Of a DNA stretch of 64,000 nucleotides, positions 50,803 to 64,000 are shown in pieces (position 1 is the stretch's first letter; every line of letters begins with the position of its first letter). Location of the stretch: assembly GCA_951406725.2 (NCBI GenBank), contig OX597836.1:41912001-41976000 (forward strand). Reading direction: 5' to 3'. The notes under the pieces were generated by a model that made no database searches, had not been told where the DNA came from, and saw only the letters and a program-made list of their open reading frames with translations. The DNA is from Octopus vulgaris. Lineage: Eukaryota. A program made the position numbers and the translations under genes.

Positions 50803-51208
50803 TGCTGCTGCCACTGCTGCTGTTACTGTTGCTGTAGAGCGAAGCTGTCTTCGTCCCAGAGCTCGTAAGATGGGAGAAGTCCGAATCGTGGTCCTTTGCT
50901 ATTCGTAAGACCCCGCAGAAGAGAAAGCAGCTCAACCCCCCGACACTGAGAGCATCGATGGATGGATGAATGCGCATCCAGGCTCAGCGGTTGCGTAGGA
51001 AGTCGGGGACAAGAAACAGGAAGAAAGAGTGAGAGAAAGTTGGAGCGAAAGAGTACAACAGGGGTCGCCACCACCCCCTGCCGGAACCTCGTGGAGCTTT
51101 AGGTGTTTTCGCTCAATAAACACTCACAACGCCTGGTCTTGGGAATCGAAGCCGTGATCCTACAACCGCGAGTTCGCTGCCCTAACCACTTGGCCATTGC
51201 ACCTCCAC
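50803..51208 (-). mobile_element. SINE family C, tail A
   Basis: Family match. Confidence 0.88.
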
Positions 51209-51263
51209 ATACACATATACATACATATATATACAAATATCTTAACTCGAAGAGTCTTGTCGC

Positions 51264-51523
51264 TTTTACTCTTTTACTTGTTTCAGTCGTTTTGACTGTG
51301 GCCATGCTGGAGCACCGCCTTTAGTCGAACAAATCGACCCCAGGACTTATTCTTTGTAAGCCTAGTACTTATTCTGTCGGTCTCTTTTGTCGAACCGCTA
51401 GATTACGGGGACGTAAACACACCAGGGGACAAACACAGGCACACAAACACAGACACAAGCACGCACACACACACACACACACACACAGACACACACACAC
51501 ACACCACACACACACACATATAT

Positions 51524-51574
<51 letters not shown>

Positions 51575-51735
51575 CGACGGGCTTCTTTCAGTTTCCGTCT
51601 ACCAAATCCACTCACAAGGCTTTGGTCGGCCCGAGGCTATAGCAGAAGACAATTGCCCAAGGTGCGACGCAGTTGGACTGAACCCGGAACCATGTGGTTA
51701 GTAAAGAAGCTACTTACCACACAGCCACTCCTGCG
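51264..51735 (-). mobile_element. SINE family A
   Basis: Family match. Confidence 0.88.
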
Positions 51736-51965
51736 TTGGCGGCCGCTTTGAACTTTCCAGAAGAAATGCTTAAACGAAACTAAAACAAATTTACATCCAT
51801 ACTACTGACATACTATGTATGTGTGTGTCTGTGTCTATGTATGTGTGTTTCTGTGTCTATGTGTGTGTCTATGTACGTGTGTGTATGTGCATAGATAAGT
51901 ATATACTTGCATTTACAGGGCTAATCTATTGTTACTCGGAGTTTTACACTAGTAATTTATGCATA

Positions 51966-52660
<695 letters not shown>

Positions 52661-52849
52661 CTATACCATCAACAAGTGGATGTTTTGTGGGCCGTGCTGG
52701 GTTATTGTTTTTGCGTAGACCCCCATTTATATTGATTCTTAAAGGTCAAGTTGGGGTCGAAAATGGTGCACAAAAAATATTCCCGCTGCTTGGGTACTGT
52801 GATGTAAGGGAAGCTACCCAAGTTACCCATTGCATCTTTTTATCAGTTA

Positions 52850-53220
52850 TCTTTTACTGGCTTCAGTCACTGGACTGCGGCCATGATGGGGCACCACCCT
52901 CAGAAGTTTAGTCGAGCAAATTGATTCAAGTGCTATTCCCAAAAAAATTCTGGTACTTACTCTATTGATTTCTTTCACCGAACCGCTAAGTTACGGGGAC
53001 ATAAATGAATCAACACAGATTGTAAAAAAGCGGTGGGAAACTAATATAAAGACAAAGATACACGTGTACGCACACACATATACATAAGGGGCTTCCGTCA
53101 GTTTCCGTCTACCAAATCTTCTCACAAGACTTTGATCAGTTCAGAATTATAGTAGAATACACTTGCCCAAGCAACCACAGTAGCACAGGAGGACTGGAAG
53201 GAACCATATGGTTGTAAAGA
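52850..53220 (-). mobile_element. Old, diverged SINE family A copy
   Basis: Collinear degenerate match. Confidence 0.7.
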
Positions 53221-53389
53221 AAAATTTTTACAACACTTTTGACCCACACTGCCTTCTTCCAGCTGTTAAACATGGACGAGTATCTGTAATGATCTTGGGG
53301 TCTATATCTTGGAAATCCGCCAGTCCAATGGTTTCCCTTCATGGCAGAATTAATAGTTAAAACTATTTAAGCATTTCATCTTATCAAAT

Positions 53390-53797
53390 TCATCCTGTGG
53401 TCGCGGAACTGTTTCCGGGGAGAAACATAATCTTTCAGAATGGTAATACACCATTTCACACAGCTAAAGTGCTACTGTATGGTACGAGGAACATTCTAGT
53501 AAAGTTGAACATCTTATCTGGCCACCACAGTCCCCAGATCTCAATATTATTGAACATTTATGGTGTATTTTAGAAAAACAAGTAACGGGTCGATATCCTC
53601 CACCATCATCACTACAAGTACTGGAGGCTGTTTTAGCTGAAGAATGGAGAAAAATTCCTTTGGAAACAATTCAAACTTTGTACGAATCCATACATGGTAG
53701 AATTCAAGCCGTAATTACTGCCAAAGGCGGTCCTACCCTATATAAAATAAATTTGCTTGAAATTTTAAAGTGTTTCCATTTTTTTACCCAACCCCTA
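53390..53797 (+). pseudogene. Tc1-family transposase C-terminal remnant
   Basis: IFQNGNTPFHTAK...WPPQSPDLNIIEHLWCILEKQV...IQAVITAKGGPTLY. Confidence 0.88.
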
Positions 53798-53809
53798 TGC
53801 TTACATATA

Positions 53810-53870
<61 letters not shown>

Positions 53871-53911
53871 ATAAAAACGGTAAGATAGCAAAAGAAAGAG
53901 ACCTCGGAAAT

Positions 53912-53988
53912 TATCTGTAAATGTAATATGTGACAATTGTTCGGAGTTTTATCTTGGCTACCGAATAATTGTCACATATTACATTTAC

Positions 53989-53993
<5 letters not shown>
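53912..53993. repeat. Hairpin with 33-bp arms between (TA)n tracts
   Basis: TATCTGTAAATGTAATATGTGACAATTGTTCGG / CCGAATAATTGTCACATATTACATTTACAGATA. Confidence 0.9.
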
Positions 53994-54052
<59 letters not shown>

Positions 54053-54186
54053 GTAAATGTAATATATATATATATATATGTGTGTATACATACATATATA
54101 CATTTATACATACATATATGCATACATACATACATAAATATGTAAATCAATATACATATATATATATACACACACACACGTATATA

Positions 54187-54230
<44 letters not shown>

Positions 54231-54320
54231 CTTTTATCTTTACTTACTTTAGTCATATGACTTCGGCCATGTTGGAGCACCGACTTGAAGGGTTTTAGTC
54301 GAATAAGTCGACCCCTGGAT

Positions 54321-54408
<88 letters not shown>

Positions 54409-54819
54409 CGTATTGTCTTCATTTCTTCATTTGGCTTTCTGTGGAGATAACGTTTGACTATGTTCAAGTCTTCGGAAATTAGCTCCAGTTAGATTAGCGT
54501 TAATGGCTATGATTAATCCAGACCCTTTCAACGCTGCTATTAAACCTGGCAATGCAAGTTCTGTAGCATGAAATGACCATTATCTAAGCTGTGAGGATAA
54601 TTCGCTTTCTAAGCTTCATCTGCCACCTCGGCACCTTCATATATTTCTATAAAGCCCTCCAACATATGGCCACCCCCTGTCTTCACTCATCAGCAATCAC
54701 AATGGAAAATAGGGTCCCTAAAGCATTTATTATTGTCTTCATGTCAAGGTTGCCAACTGTGACATGGATTTACTCCTGAACTCTAGCGCTTCTGAGATGA
54801 AGGATAAAAGTTCAGAATT

Positions 54820-55375
54820 AAGCGCAGGAGAGGTTGTGTTGTAAGTAGCTTGCTTACCAACCACATGGTTCCGGGTTCAGTCCCACTGCGTGGCACCTTG
54901 GGCAAGTGTCTTCTACTATAGCTTCGGGCCGACCAAAGCCTTGTGAATGGATTTTGTAGACGGTATGTATAAGGCCTGCTCGCTTAGCTAGCGGGGTGGC
55001 GTCATTTGAAGGCTAAAACAATGCGAAGCGCATTGTGACCAGCGATGTGTAACAACATCTTATAGCCTGGTCGGATGTTGTTGTTGTATATGTATCTATA
55101 TATGTATATATATGTGTGTGTGTGTGTGTGTATGTGTGTGTGTGTGTGTCTCTGTGTGTGTGTTTGTGTGTCTGTGTTTGTCCCCCCACAACATCGCTTG
55201 ACAACCGATGCTGGTGTGTTTACGTCCCCGTAACTTAGAGAGACCGATGGAATAAGTACTAGGCTTACGAACAATAAGTCCTGGGGGTCGATTTCCTCGA
55301 CTAAAAGGCGGTGCTCCAGCATGGCCACAGTCAAAATGACTGAAACAAGCGAAAGAGAGTAAGAGTAAGAGTAGT
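54820..55375 (+). mobile_element. SINE family A containing a headless tail-B fragment (54972-55075)
   Basis: Family matches. Confidence 0.82.
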
Positions 55376-55729
55376 ATATCAAATCAAGCCAATATGCAGT
55401 CTGCCATTTTTTCGATACCATGGAACCACACTGATGGCATTGACACTGCATTTCCATTGCTCTCACCCTGGGGTGCTTTTAATTATCTGACTGATTGCGT
55501 TGAGTATTCGCTAGCTAAATATTCCAAATGTTCTATCAGAAGAGTTATGAGAGGAAATTTTCCTTATGGTTTTCAAGAGTTATGTATGGTGCTGCTCGGC
55601 ACAATCAACACTTTCCTTTGTCTTTTACAAAGGATACCGATTCCTTCATTTCAGTGTTTATGATATAGTATGGCAGTAGACACCTATTCATTTACATGTT
55701 TTAGTGAGATTTTTCGGGAATTTAGTCGT

Positions 55730-56220
<491 letters not shown>

Positions 56221-56224
56221 TTTA

Positions 56225-56635
56225 AGGCAGCAAGCACACGGGGCGAAATGCTTAGCGGCATTTCGTCCGTGTTTAAGTTGCGCGTTCAAATTGTGCTGAG
56301 CTTGACTTCACCTTTCATCGTTTCGGGGTTGATAAAATAAGTAGCAGTTGATCGCTGGGGACAATGTGATCGTCTTACCCTATTCCCTGACATTCCTGTC
56401 CTTTTGCTAAAATTTGAAATCATTTATTGCGGCGAGCTTGGCAGAATCCTTACCACGCCGGGCAAAATACTTAGTGGCTTTTCGTCCATCTTTAAGTTCT
56501 GAGTTCAAATTGCGCTGAGGTCGACTTCGCCTTTCATTGTTTCGGGGCTCCTAAAATAAGTACCGGTTGAGCACTGGGGTCGATGTAATGACATACTCCC
56601 TCCACAGAACCTTTTGCCAAATTTTGAAACCAATA
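56225..56635 (+). mobile_element. Two older SINE family B-related copies with a different tail
   Basis: Family B head and core, ending CTTTTGC.AAATTT(T)GAAA. Confidence 0.7.
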
Positions 56636-57104
56636 TTTTTCAGGAAATTAAGCGCCCATAATAGTGTTTGGTTCAACATTCTTTTTGCATCGTCATTGTT
56701 TGGCTTAAAGATTTCCTATAATTAGTGAAGACATTTTCGAAAGAACTTGTCCTGTCTGGACATCGTGTGTTTTCGTCAGGATGATTAGGGTCAGATTCCA
56801 AGAGTTTGCGGTCATTGATTGACGCAGGGAGAGAAAGAGGGAGAGAGAGAGGTTGGGAGATTCCGAATTTTCAATCCATAGCTGTTAGCAAGAATGACAG
56901 TAATTTTCTGGCAAGGGAGACTTTTTAATGCTTACGCTGAAATAAGCCCACTCGCTTTCCGATAAAGTGTATGGTATAAGGTTTCCAATTCATCGACCTC
57001 ACGTATAAATCTTTCGAACTCCCAACAACGTTGAAATGAATCACCGACTGTTAAACTATAAGTGTAAACACTGTATCAAGTGTTGAGTAGTAATTATTTT
57101 TACA

Positions 57105-57180
<76 letters not shown>

Positions 57181-57185
<5 letters not shown>

Positions 57186-57366
57186 CATTTATTTTCTCTC
57201 CTTGTTTCTCTCCTTGTTTCTTTTCTGTGTATCTTTCTGTCGAAGAGCGTAGGCTCGAAACGTAAAAGACTTGTTTTATTTCTATTCCTGAGCGCTATAC
57301 TAATACATTTGTTTGTTTCTACTCCACCTGCCTTCGTCTTTTGTTTATTTTCGTAAACCTTCCCGT

Positions 57367-57367
<1 letters not shown>
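57181..57367 (+). mobile_element. (TA)n-flanked element P2
   Basis: Homologous to 36650-36867. Confidence 0.72.
57232..57269 (+). ncRNA. Minimal hammerhead motif, variant core CTGTCGA
   Basis: TCTTT-CTGTCGA-A-GAGC gtag GCTC-GAAA-CG-TA-AAAGA. Confidence 0.62.
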
Positions 57368-57447
<80 letters not shown>

Positions 57448-57559
57448 TTATGTATGTATGCATTTGTATATGCATATGTATATATATGTATATATAAATA
57501 TATATACATATATATGTATATATGTACACATATATGTATACACACACACACACACATGC

Positions 57560-57605
<46 letters not shown>

Positions 57606-57747
57606 ATATATTATATTTCATGTGTGTGTGCATATGTATATATATGTATGATTAAGTGTACGTATGTGCTGTGTACCAATAAATCCATATCTTGGTGTCA
57701 TGGAAGTGTGAAACCATGATACCTATTTAATTGTATATTAACAAAAG

Positions 57748-57799
<52 letters not shown>

Positions 57800-58327
57800 C
57801 CCACACACACACACACACACAAATGCTCACACAAACACACATACGCACTGATACGTTCAGTCACACATAGACTATCATACTCATGTGCAGTCACACACAC
57901 ACACACACACACATAAGCAAGCATACGCATACACTGTCAGGTATACGTACATGCAGATATATGCACACACACACACACACATATAAACACACACACTCAA
58001 ACACACATACTCACATAAACACACACACTCGAACACACATACATGCACAGACGCATCTACAGAGGCGAACTACAAGTAATGTTTGTACACGTGGATCGAT
58101 GAGACTGGAGAGAGAGAGAGAGAGAAAAAATAGAAGATGGAGTGAAGGAAAAAAGAAGAGTAATGGGAGAGTGAATGTATAGGAAGAGAAAGAAGGAGGG
58201 AGAGTAAAGGGACGTAATCAAACAAGTGCGCGCACACACATGCTCACACACACACAGATACGTAAAGATACGGTGCTTCAGCATGGCCGCGGTCAAATGA
58301 CTGAAACAAGTAAAAGAAAGTATATAT

Positions 58328-58718
58328 ACTCTTTACTCTTTACTTGTTTCAGTCATTTGACTGCGGCCATGCTGCAGCACCGCCTTTAGTCGAGCAAATC
58401 GACCCCGGGACTTATTCTTTGTAAGTCCAGTACTTATTCTATCGGTCTCTTTTGCCGAACCGCTAAGTGACGGGGACCTAAACACACCAGCATCGGTTGT
58501 CAAGCAATGCTAGGGGGACAAACACAGACACACAAACATATGTATATATACATATATACGACAGGCTTCTTTCAGTTTCCGTCTACCAAATCCACTCACA
58601 AGGCATTGGTCGGCCCGGGGCTATAGCAGAAGACACTTGCCCAAGATGCCACGCAGTGGACTGAACCCGGAACCATGTGGTTGGTAAGCAAGCTACTTAC
58701 CACACAGCCACTCCTGCG

Positions 58719-58721
<3 letters not shown>
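58328..58721 (-). mobile_element. SINE family A
   Basis: Family match. Confidence 0.9.
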
Positions 58722-58768
<47 letters not shown>

Positions 58769-58773
<5 letters not shown>

Positions 58774-59000
58774 CTTTATTGCCCTCAAGGGGCTAAACAC
58801 AGAGGGGACAAACGAGGACAGACAAACGGATTAAGTCGATTACATCGACCCCAGTGAGAAACTGGTACTTAATTTATCGACCACGAAAGAATGAAAGGCA
58901 AAGTCGACCTCGGCGGAATTTGAACTCAGAACGTAACGGCTGACGAAATACCGCTAAGCATTTCTCCCGGTGTGCTAACGATTCTGCCAGCTCGCCGCCT
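58769..59000 (-). mobile_element. SINE family B
   Basis: Family match. Confidence 0.88.
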
Positions 59001-59052
59001 CTCGCGATACCCTTAAAGCCAGGAATTTTTCAGCACCCATTCATGTGTGCTC

Positions 59053-59162
<110 letters not shown>

Positions 59163-59541
59163 CCCTCAACGTTTGTTTTTACTGTTATGTCCTCACTGTC
59201 CTGTTCTTGTTACCACTTTCACCCTCAGCAAAAATCCCAAATTTTATTTGATTTGCTTTGCGGGAAGGATTGTTTCAACGAAGCCGCGTCTTGTCCTTGC
59301 CTTCGGAACGCGAAGTTCGACCATCATCAGAGAAAGATTGCACCACGCAGTATTAGTAGGTTATAAAACATTTTATAGTAAAGGGCATGAACGTTATTTG
59401 AGTACGTGTGTGCGTGTGTGTGTGTGTGTGTGTGCGCGCGTGTATGTGTGTGTGTGTGTGTGTGCGTGTATGTGTGTGTGTGCGTGTATGTGTGTGTGCG
59501 TGTGTGTATGTCTGTGTAGATATATAGATATGCGCGCGCGC

Positions 59542-59580
<39 letters not shown>

Positions 59581-59702
59581 AAAAAATACAAAATGGGACA
59601 AGAACGCAAATCATCGAGAAGACGATACAAAAAACACGGACGGGTCATTCGAAGCCTTTAATCTTCAGTCAAGAACCGGATCATCCTCGCAATTTCGGGT
59701 GA
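59581..59702. mobile_element. Dispersed repeat P3, partial
   Basis: Matches 48198-48320; adjacent to (TA)n. Confidence 0.65.
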
Positions 59703-59959
59703 TAGAGTGTTAAACATTTTTCGCTATGCAAATTAGGGCCTCCTTCATAGAGCAACTGCTGCATTTGTTTAGTATATAAACAGTTTGGTTGTTTTGTTTT
59801 CTGGAGACTGTTAGAATGATGTGGACGCCTCTGATAAGAACCCAAAATGGTTCGAAAATCGATTAGGGTTATTCATCACCTTTTTTCAGTCTCTGGAGAA
59901 ATGACTAAAATGTTCCCTCTTTATAATTATACTATATGTTACGCACAGACACCCCCCCT

Positions 59960-60003
<44 letters not shown>

Positions 60004-60022
60004 TTATATATATATATATATA

Positions 60023-60060
<38 letters not shown>

Positions 60061-60063
<3 letters not shown>

Positions 60064-60265
60064 CCTCGTGTGTACCGTTGGCGATTTTTTTTCCTCTGTC
60101 TTCCCTTCTCTGGATCTTTCCTTCTCCTATGTTTCCGACGAAGAGCTCCGCTCGAAACGTTAAACCTTCCTTCTTTCCTTCTTTCCTTCTATCCTGAGCA
60201 TCCAACGTACTTTCCACGTCCTCGCGTTGTTGTGTTTTTTTGTGCTTTCTTTTTTGGATTGACTT
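60061..60265 (+). mobile_element. (TA)n-flanked element P1
   Basis: Homologous to 31378-31581. Confidence 0.72.
60131..60165 (+). ncRNA. Minimal hammerhead motif, variant core CCGACGA
   Basis: GTTT-CCGACGA-A-GAGC tcc GCTC-GAAA-CG-TT-AAAC. Confidence 0.58.
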
Positions 60266-60384
60266 TATATATATATATATATATATAAAGATGTATATGA
60301 ATATATATTTACATACATACACACCGCACGCACACAAAATATATGTAGATATAGTTATACACATGTAAATACATTTTTTTAAAT

Positions 60385-60781
60385 TTTTACTTGTTTCAGT
60401 CATTTGACTGTGGCCATGCTGGAGCACCGCCTTTAGTCGAGAAAATCGACCCCGGGACTTATTCTTTGTAATCCCAGTACTTATTCTATCGGTCTCTTGT
60501 GCCTAACCGCTAAGTTACGGGGACGTAAACACACCAGCATCGGTTGTCAAGCAATGCTAGGGGGACAAACACAGACACACAAACACACACACACATACAT
60601 ATATATATACATATATACGACAGGCTTCTTTCAGTTTCCGTCTACCAAATCCACTCACAAGGCATTGGTCGGCCCGGGGCTATAGCAGAAGACACTTGCC
60701 CAAGATGCCACGCAGTAGGACTGAACCCGGAACCATGTGGTTGGTTAGCAAGCTACTTACCACACAGCCACTCCTGCGCCT
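60385..60781 (-). mobile_element. SINE family A
   Basis: Family match. Confidence 0.9.
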
Positions 60782-60999
60782 ATTTATGCATATTTATAGT
60801 TATATATATTTGTGTGTATATATGTGTATACATGCATGCGCCCGTGCGTGTGTATATGATGGACTCGAAGATGATGTACGAGTGTTCATCTTTTGCCGAT
60901 CGATCTGCACAAATGATTTCTTTACAGTGATCGAATGTATGTGCAATACATTAAGCCTCACTCCTTCCATCAAAATCGAATTTACCTGAACAGGTGCAC

Positions 61000-61156
61000 G
61001 GTGTACCGTGCATCAGGTGTCAAAGCGATCGCAGAGCAACGTGGAGGTGAAGTGTCTTGCTCAAGAATACAACGCACCACCCGGTCTCGGAACTGAAACC
61101 GTGATCTTGCGATTGTGAGTGCAACAACCTAACCCACTAGGCCATGCATCGTCACA
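61000..61156 (-). mobile_element. Old tRNA-derived SINE head
   Basis: Reverse complement GCATGGCCTAGTGGGTTAGG...GGTTTCAGTTCC...TCTTGAGCAAGACAC. Confidence 0.6.
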
Positions 61157-61202
61157 TGTGTGTGTGTGTATATGTTTGTTTATATTGATGTTATATCATC
61201 AA

Positions 61203-61361
61203 ACTACTACTACTACTACTACTAGTCCTACTACTACTACCACTACCACTGCCAACACTACTACTACTACCACTACCACTACTACTACTACTACTACTAA
61301 TACTACCACCACCACTACCACCATCCTCACCACTACTACTACTACCACCACCACTACCACC

Positions 61362-61408
<47 letters not shown>

Positions 61409-61588
61409 GACTACTACTACCACCACCACCACCACCACTACTACTACTACTACTATTACTACTACTACTACTACCACTACTACTACCTCCACCACCACTA
61501 TTACTACTACTACCTCCACCACCACTACTACTACTACTACCACCACCACAACCACTACTATTACTACCACCACCACGACCACTACTAT

Positions 61589-61629
<41 letters not shown>

Positions 61630-61682
61630 ATATTTCTACTACTACCACCACCACCACCACCACTACTACTACTACTACAACG
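61203..61682. repeat. (TAC/CAC)n compound microsatellite
   Basis: Direct reading of the sequence. Confidence 0.95.
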
Positions 61683-62230
61683 ACTGCTCCTTCTGCAAAC
61701 AATACTCCAGCTGGGCCTGTCTCCCTACTCCAAATATCTCTCCATATAGGTAAAACTATGAGAAATTTCTGTTGGTTTCGGTGCTTATCTGACGCTACGT
61801 ACGTAAATAGCATTGTTACATCACCGAAAACTATGCCTTCGGATTTGCTTTTTTTTGTGAAACCATGTTTCTGATAACGTCACAAAATTCGGATCCTTCG
61901 TGGCCAAAAATTACGTAACTTGAAAATACTTTATCCTGCATCTTTGACATGTTTCAGTTACTGGACTGGGGTCTGCTGGAGCACCACCACCCCAGTAGTT
62001 ATCCTTTTGCGACCCTAGTAGTTACGTTTTTATCTTTTCAAAGACTGATTCTTATTCAATCAGTGTCTTTTGCCTAACCGCAAAGTTACAGCGACGTAAC
62101 AAACCAACACCGGTTGTCAAGTTGTAGCACGGTAAAAAATCTGGCACAACGACACAAAGATGCACTCGTATATCTGTCAATAGAGTGAGTACATTATCCA
62201 AAGTGTACAGTATTATACGTTCATAACGGC

Positions 62231-62318
62231 CTGTCTTCTCAATCGGTTTCGTGCTAAGGATTCAACGGAGTGTTAGGTAACAATCCTATTATGTAATCCT
62301 GCACTCATCAGAGGCAGT
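62231..62318 (-). ncRNA. Hammerhead-like motif: canonical core, long stem II, degenerate stem I/III
   Basis: Minus strand: CTGCCT-CTGATGA-GTGC AGGATT...TAGG/CCTA...AATCCT ta GCAC-GAAA-CCGATT-gagaAGACAG. Confidence 0.55.
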
Positions 62319-62348
62319 GATATGGAGTGAAACTTAACAAATTCGGAT

Positions 62349-62390
<42 letters not shown>

Positions 62391-62429
62391 TATATATATA
62401 TATGTGTGGGTGGGTGTGTGTGTGTGTGT

Positions 62430-62740
62430 GTGGAGGCGCAATGGCCCAGTGGTTAGGGCAACGGACTCGCGGTTATAGGATCGCGGTTTCGATTCCCAGA
62501 CCGGGCGTTGTGAGCGTTTGTTGAGCAAAAACACCTAAAAGCTCCACGAGGCTCCGGCAGGGGTCGGTGGCGATCCCTGCTGTACTCTTTCGCCACAACT
62601 TTCTCTCACTCTTTCTTCTGTTGGCCTGCTCGCTTAGCCAGCGGGGTGGCGTCATTTGAAGGCTAAAACGATGCGAAGCGCATTGTGACCAGCGATGTGT
62701 AGCAATATCTGATAGCCTGGTCGGTCACGTGATCACGTGA
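62430..62740 (+). mobile_element. SINE family C, tail B
   Basis: Family match; ends CACGTGATCACGTGA(TA)n. Confidence 0.9.
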
Positions 62741-63180
62741 TATATATATATATATATATAGACATACATATATTTTTAGATATATGTACAACGAGCTTCC
62801 ATTCAGTTGCCGTCTCCCCAATTCACTTACAAAGTATTGACGGATCTGGGACTATAATAGAAGACTTTTTGCCAAGATGGCTCGTATAGCTTTCTTATTA
62901 TTAATTCCTAGAGAAAAATGAACGTGGTTTTTGTCATCAGTATGCAGAATTGCGTCTGAGAAAAAAAGTTGGAAAAATTCTCGTGGCTTATTGAGATAAT
63001 TCTGGTGGTTGGAAAAAATTTTAAAAGATCTTTGAGATCTCTAAGTTCTTATCAGATCTTCAGATAATTGCTCTTTTGTCATGAACGAACAAAAGAGTGG
63101 AATTTTTTTTGTGTTTTCTTCTTTCGTCTTTCTTTCCTTTTCTTTTATTTATTCATCTTTTTTTAAATTTTATTTTTTTG

Positions 63181-63400
63181 TTTACTTGTTTCAGTCATTT
63201 GACTGCGGCCATGCTGGAGCACCGCCTTTAGTCGAGCGAATCGACCCCACGGACTTATTCTTTGTAAGCCCAGTACTTATTCTATCGGTCTCTTTTGCCG
63301 AACCGCTAAGTAACGGGGACGTAAACACACCAGCATCGGTTGTCAAGCAATGCTAGGGGGGCAAACACAGAAACACAAACACACACACACACACACACAT

Positions 63401-63431
<31 letters not shown>

Positions 63432-63603
63432 CATATATACGACAGGCTTCTTTCAGTATCCGTCTACCAAATCCACTCACAAGGCATTGGTCGGCCCGGG
63501 GCTACAGCAGAAGACACTTGCCTAAGGTGCCACGCAGTGGGACTGAACCCGGAACCATGTGGTTGGTTAGCAAGCTACTTACCACACAGCCACTCCTGCG
63601 CCT
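63181..63603 (-). mobile_element. SINE family A
   Basis: Family match. Confidence 0.9.
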
Positions 63604-64000
63604 TTTTTTGAAATTTGGTTTGCAAGATTCTTAACATGAGCTCGTGTGCCGAAATAGACTTTGTTTTATCTTTGGGAGGGTCATAATGTCAATAATCCTT
63701 TGCTGCTATAGGCACAAAGCATGCAATTTGGGAAGAAATATAGTGAGTATTCAACTGGTACTTGTTTTATCATTATTCTTTTCTTCCTCCTCCTCCTCCT
63801 CCACCTTCTTTTTCTTCTTCTTCTTCTTCTTTTTCTTCTTCTTCTTCTTCTTCTTGTCTACTGCCAATCATGGTGGGGGGAAGACGTGGAAGACCTCGTG
63901 CAAATTGCCGTACCAACTTCCTTCCTTACTCCCGCTTTTTGTCGCCATCTTCACTGTTACTTTCTTCGAAGCAAATTTTCGAAGAAATTTGAAAACAAAA

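Noticed and set aside
54410-54810. Possible decayed LINE RT fragment
   Set aside because: Only a faint RQG-like motif on the minus strand; too degenerate to call by eye.
59266-59340. Minus-strand CTGATGA...GAAA-CAATC hammerhead candidate
   Set aside because: No stem I pairing, and stem II would close only with G-U pairs. Likely chance.

Overview
A eukaryotic, AT-rich window saturated with repeats and containing no intact protein-coding gene that I can recognise. It is most likely intronic or intergenic DNA of an octopus; this is inferred from the dense tRNA-derived SINE families and microsatellites and was not checked against a database. It holds three abundant SINE families and decayed RTE, CR1/L2, R4/Dong-like and Penelope-like (PLE) retroelement fragments. 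It also holds Tc1/mariner/maT transposase remnants, MITEs, non-autonomous Helitrons and very long (TA)n, (CATA)n, (AAT)n, (TAG/TGG)n and (GAA)n tracts. Nearly all long ORFs in the track are translated microsatellites. The main unannotated signal is a set of hammerhead-ribozyme motifs. Four are minimal PLE-type motifs with non-canonical cores and covarying stem I, inside ~200-bp elements sitting in (TA)n. Two more have a long stem II (24737-24837, + strand; ~62231-62318, - strand). Other notable items are an R4/Dong endonuclease fragment fused to an (AAT)n-embedded repeat, a highly structured element embedded in (TATG)n, a SINE head carrying several alternative tails, several long palindromes and two weak candidate exons. 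Repeat boundaries were read by eye and are approximate.
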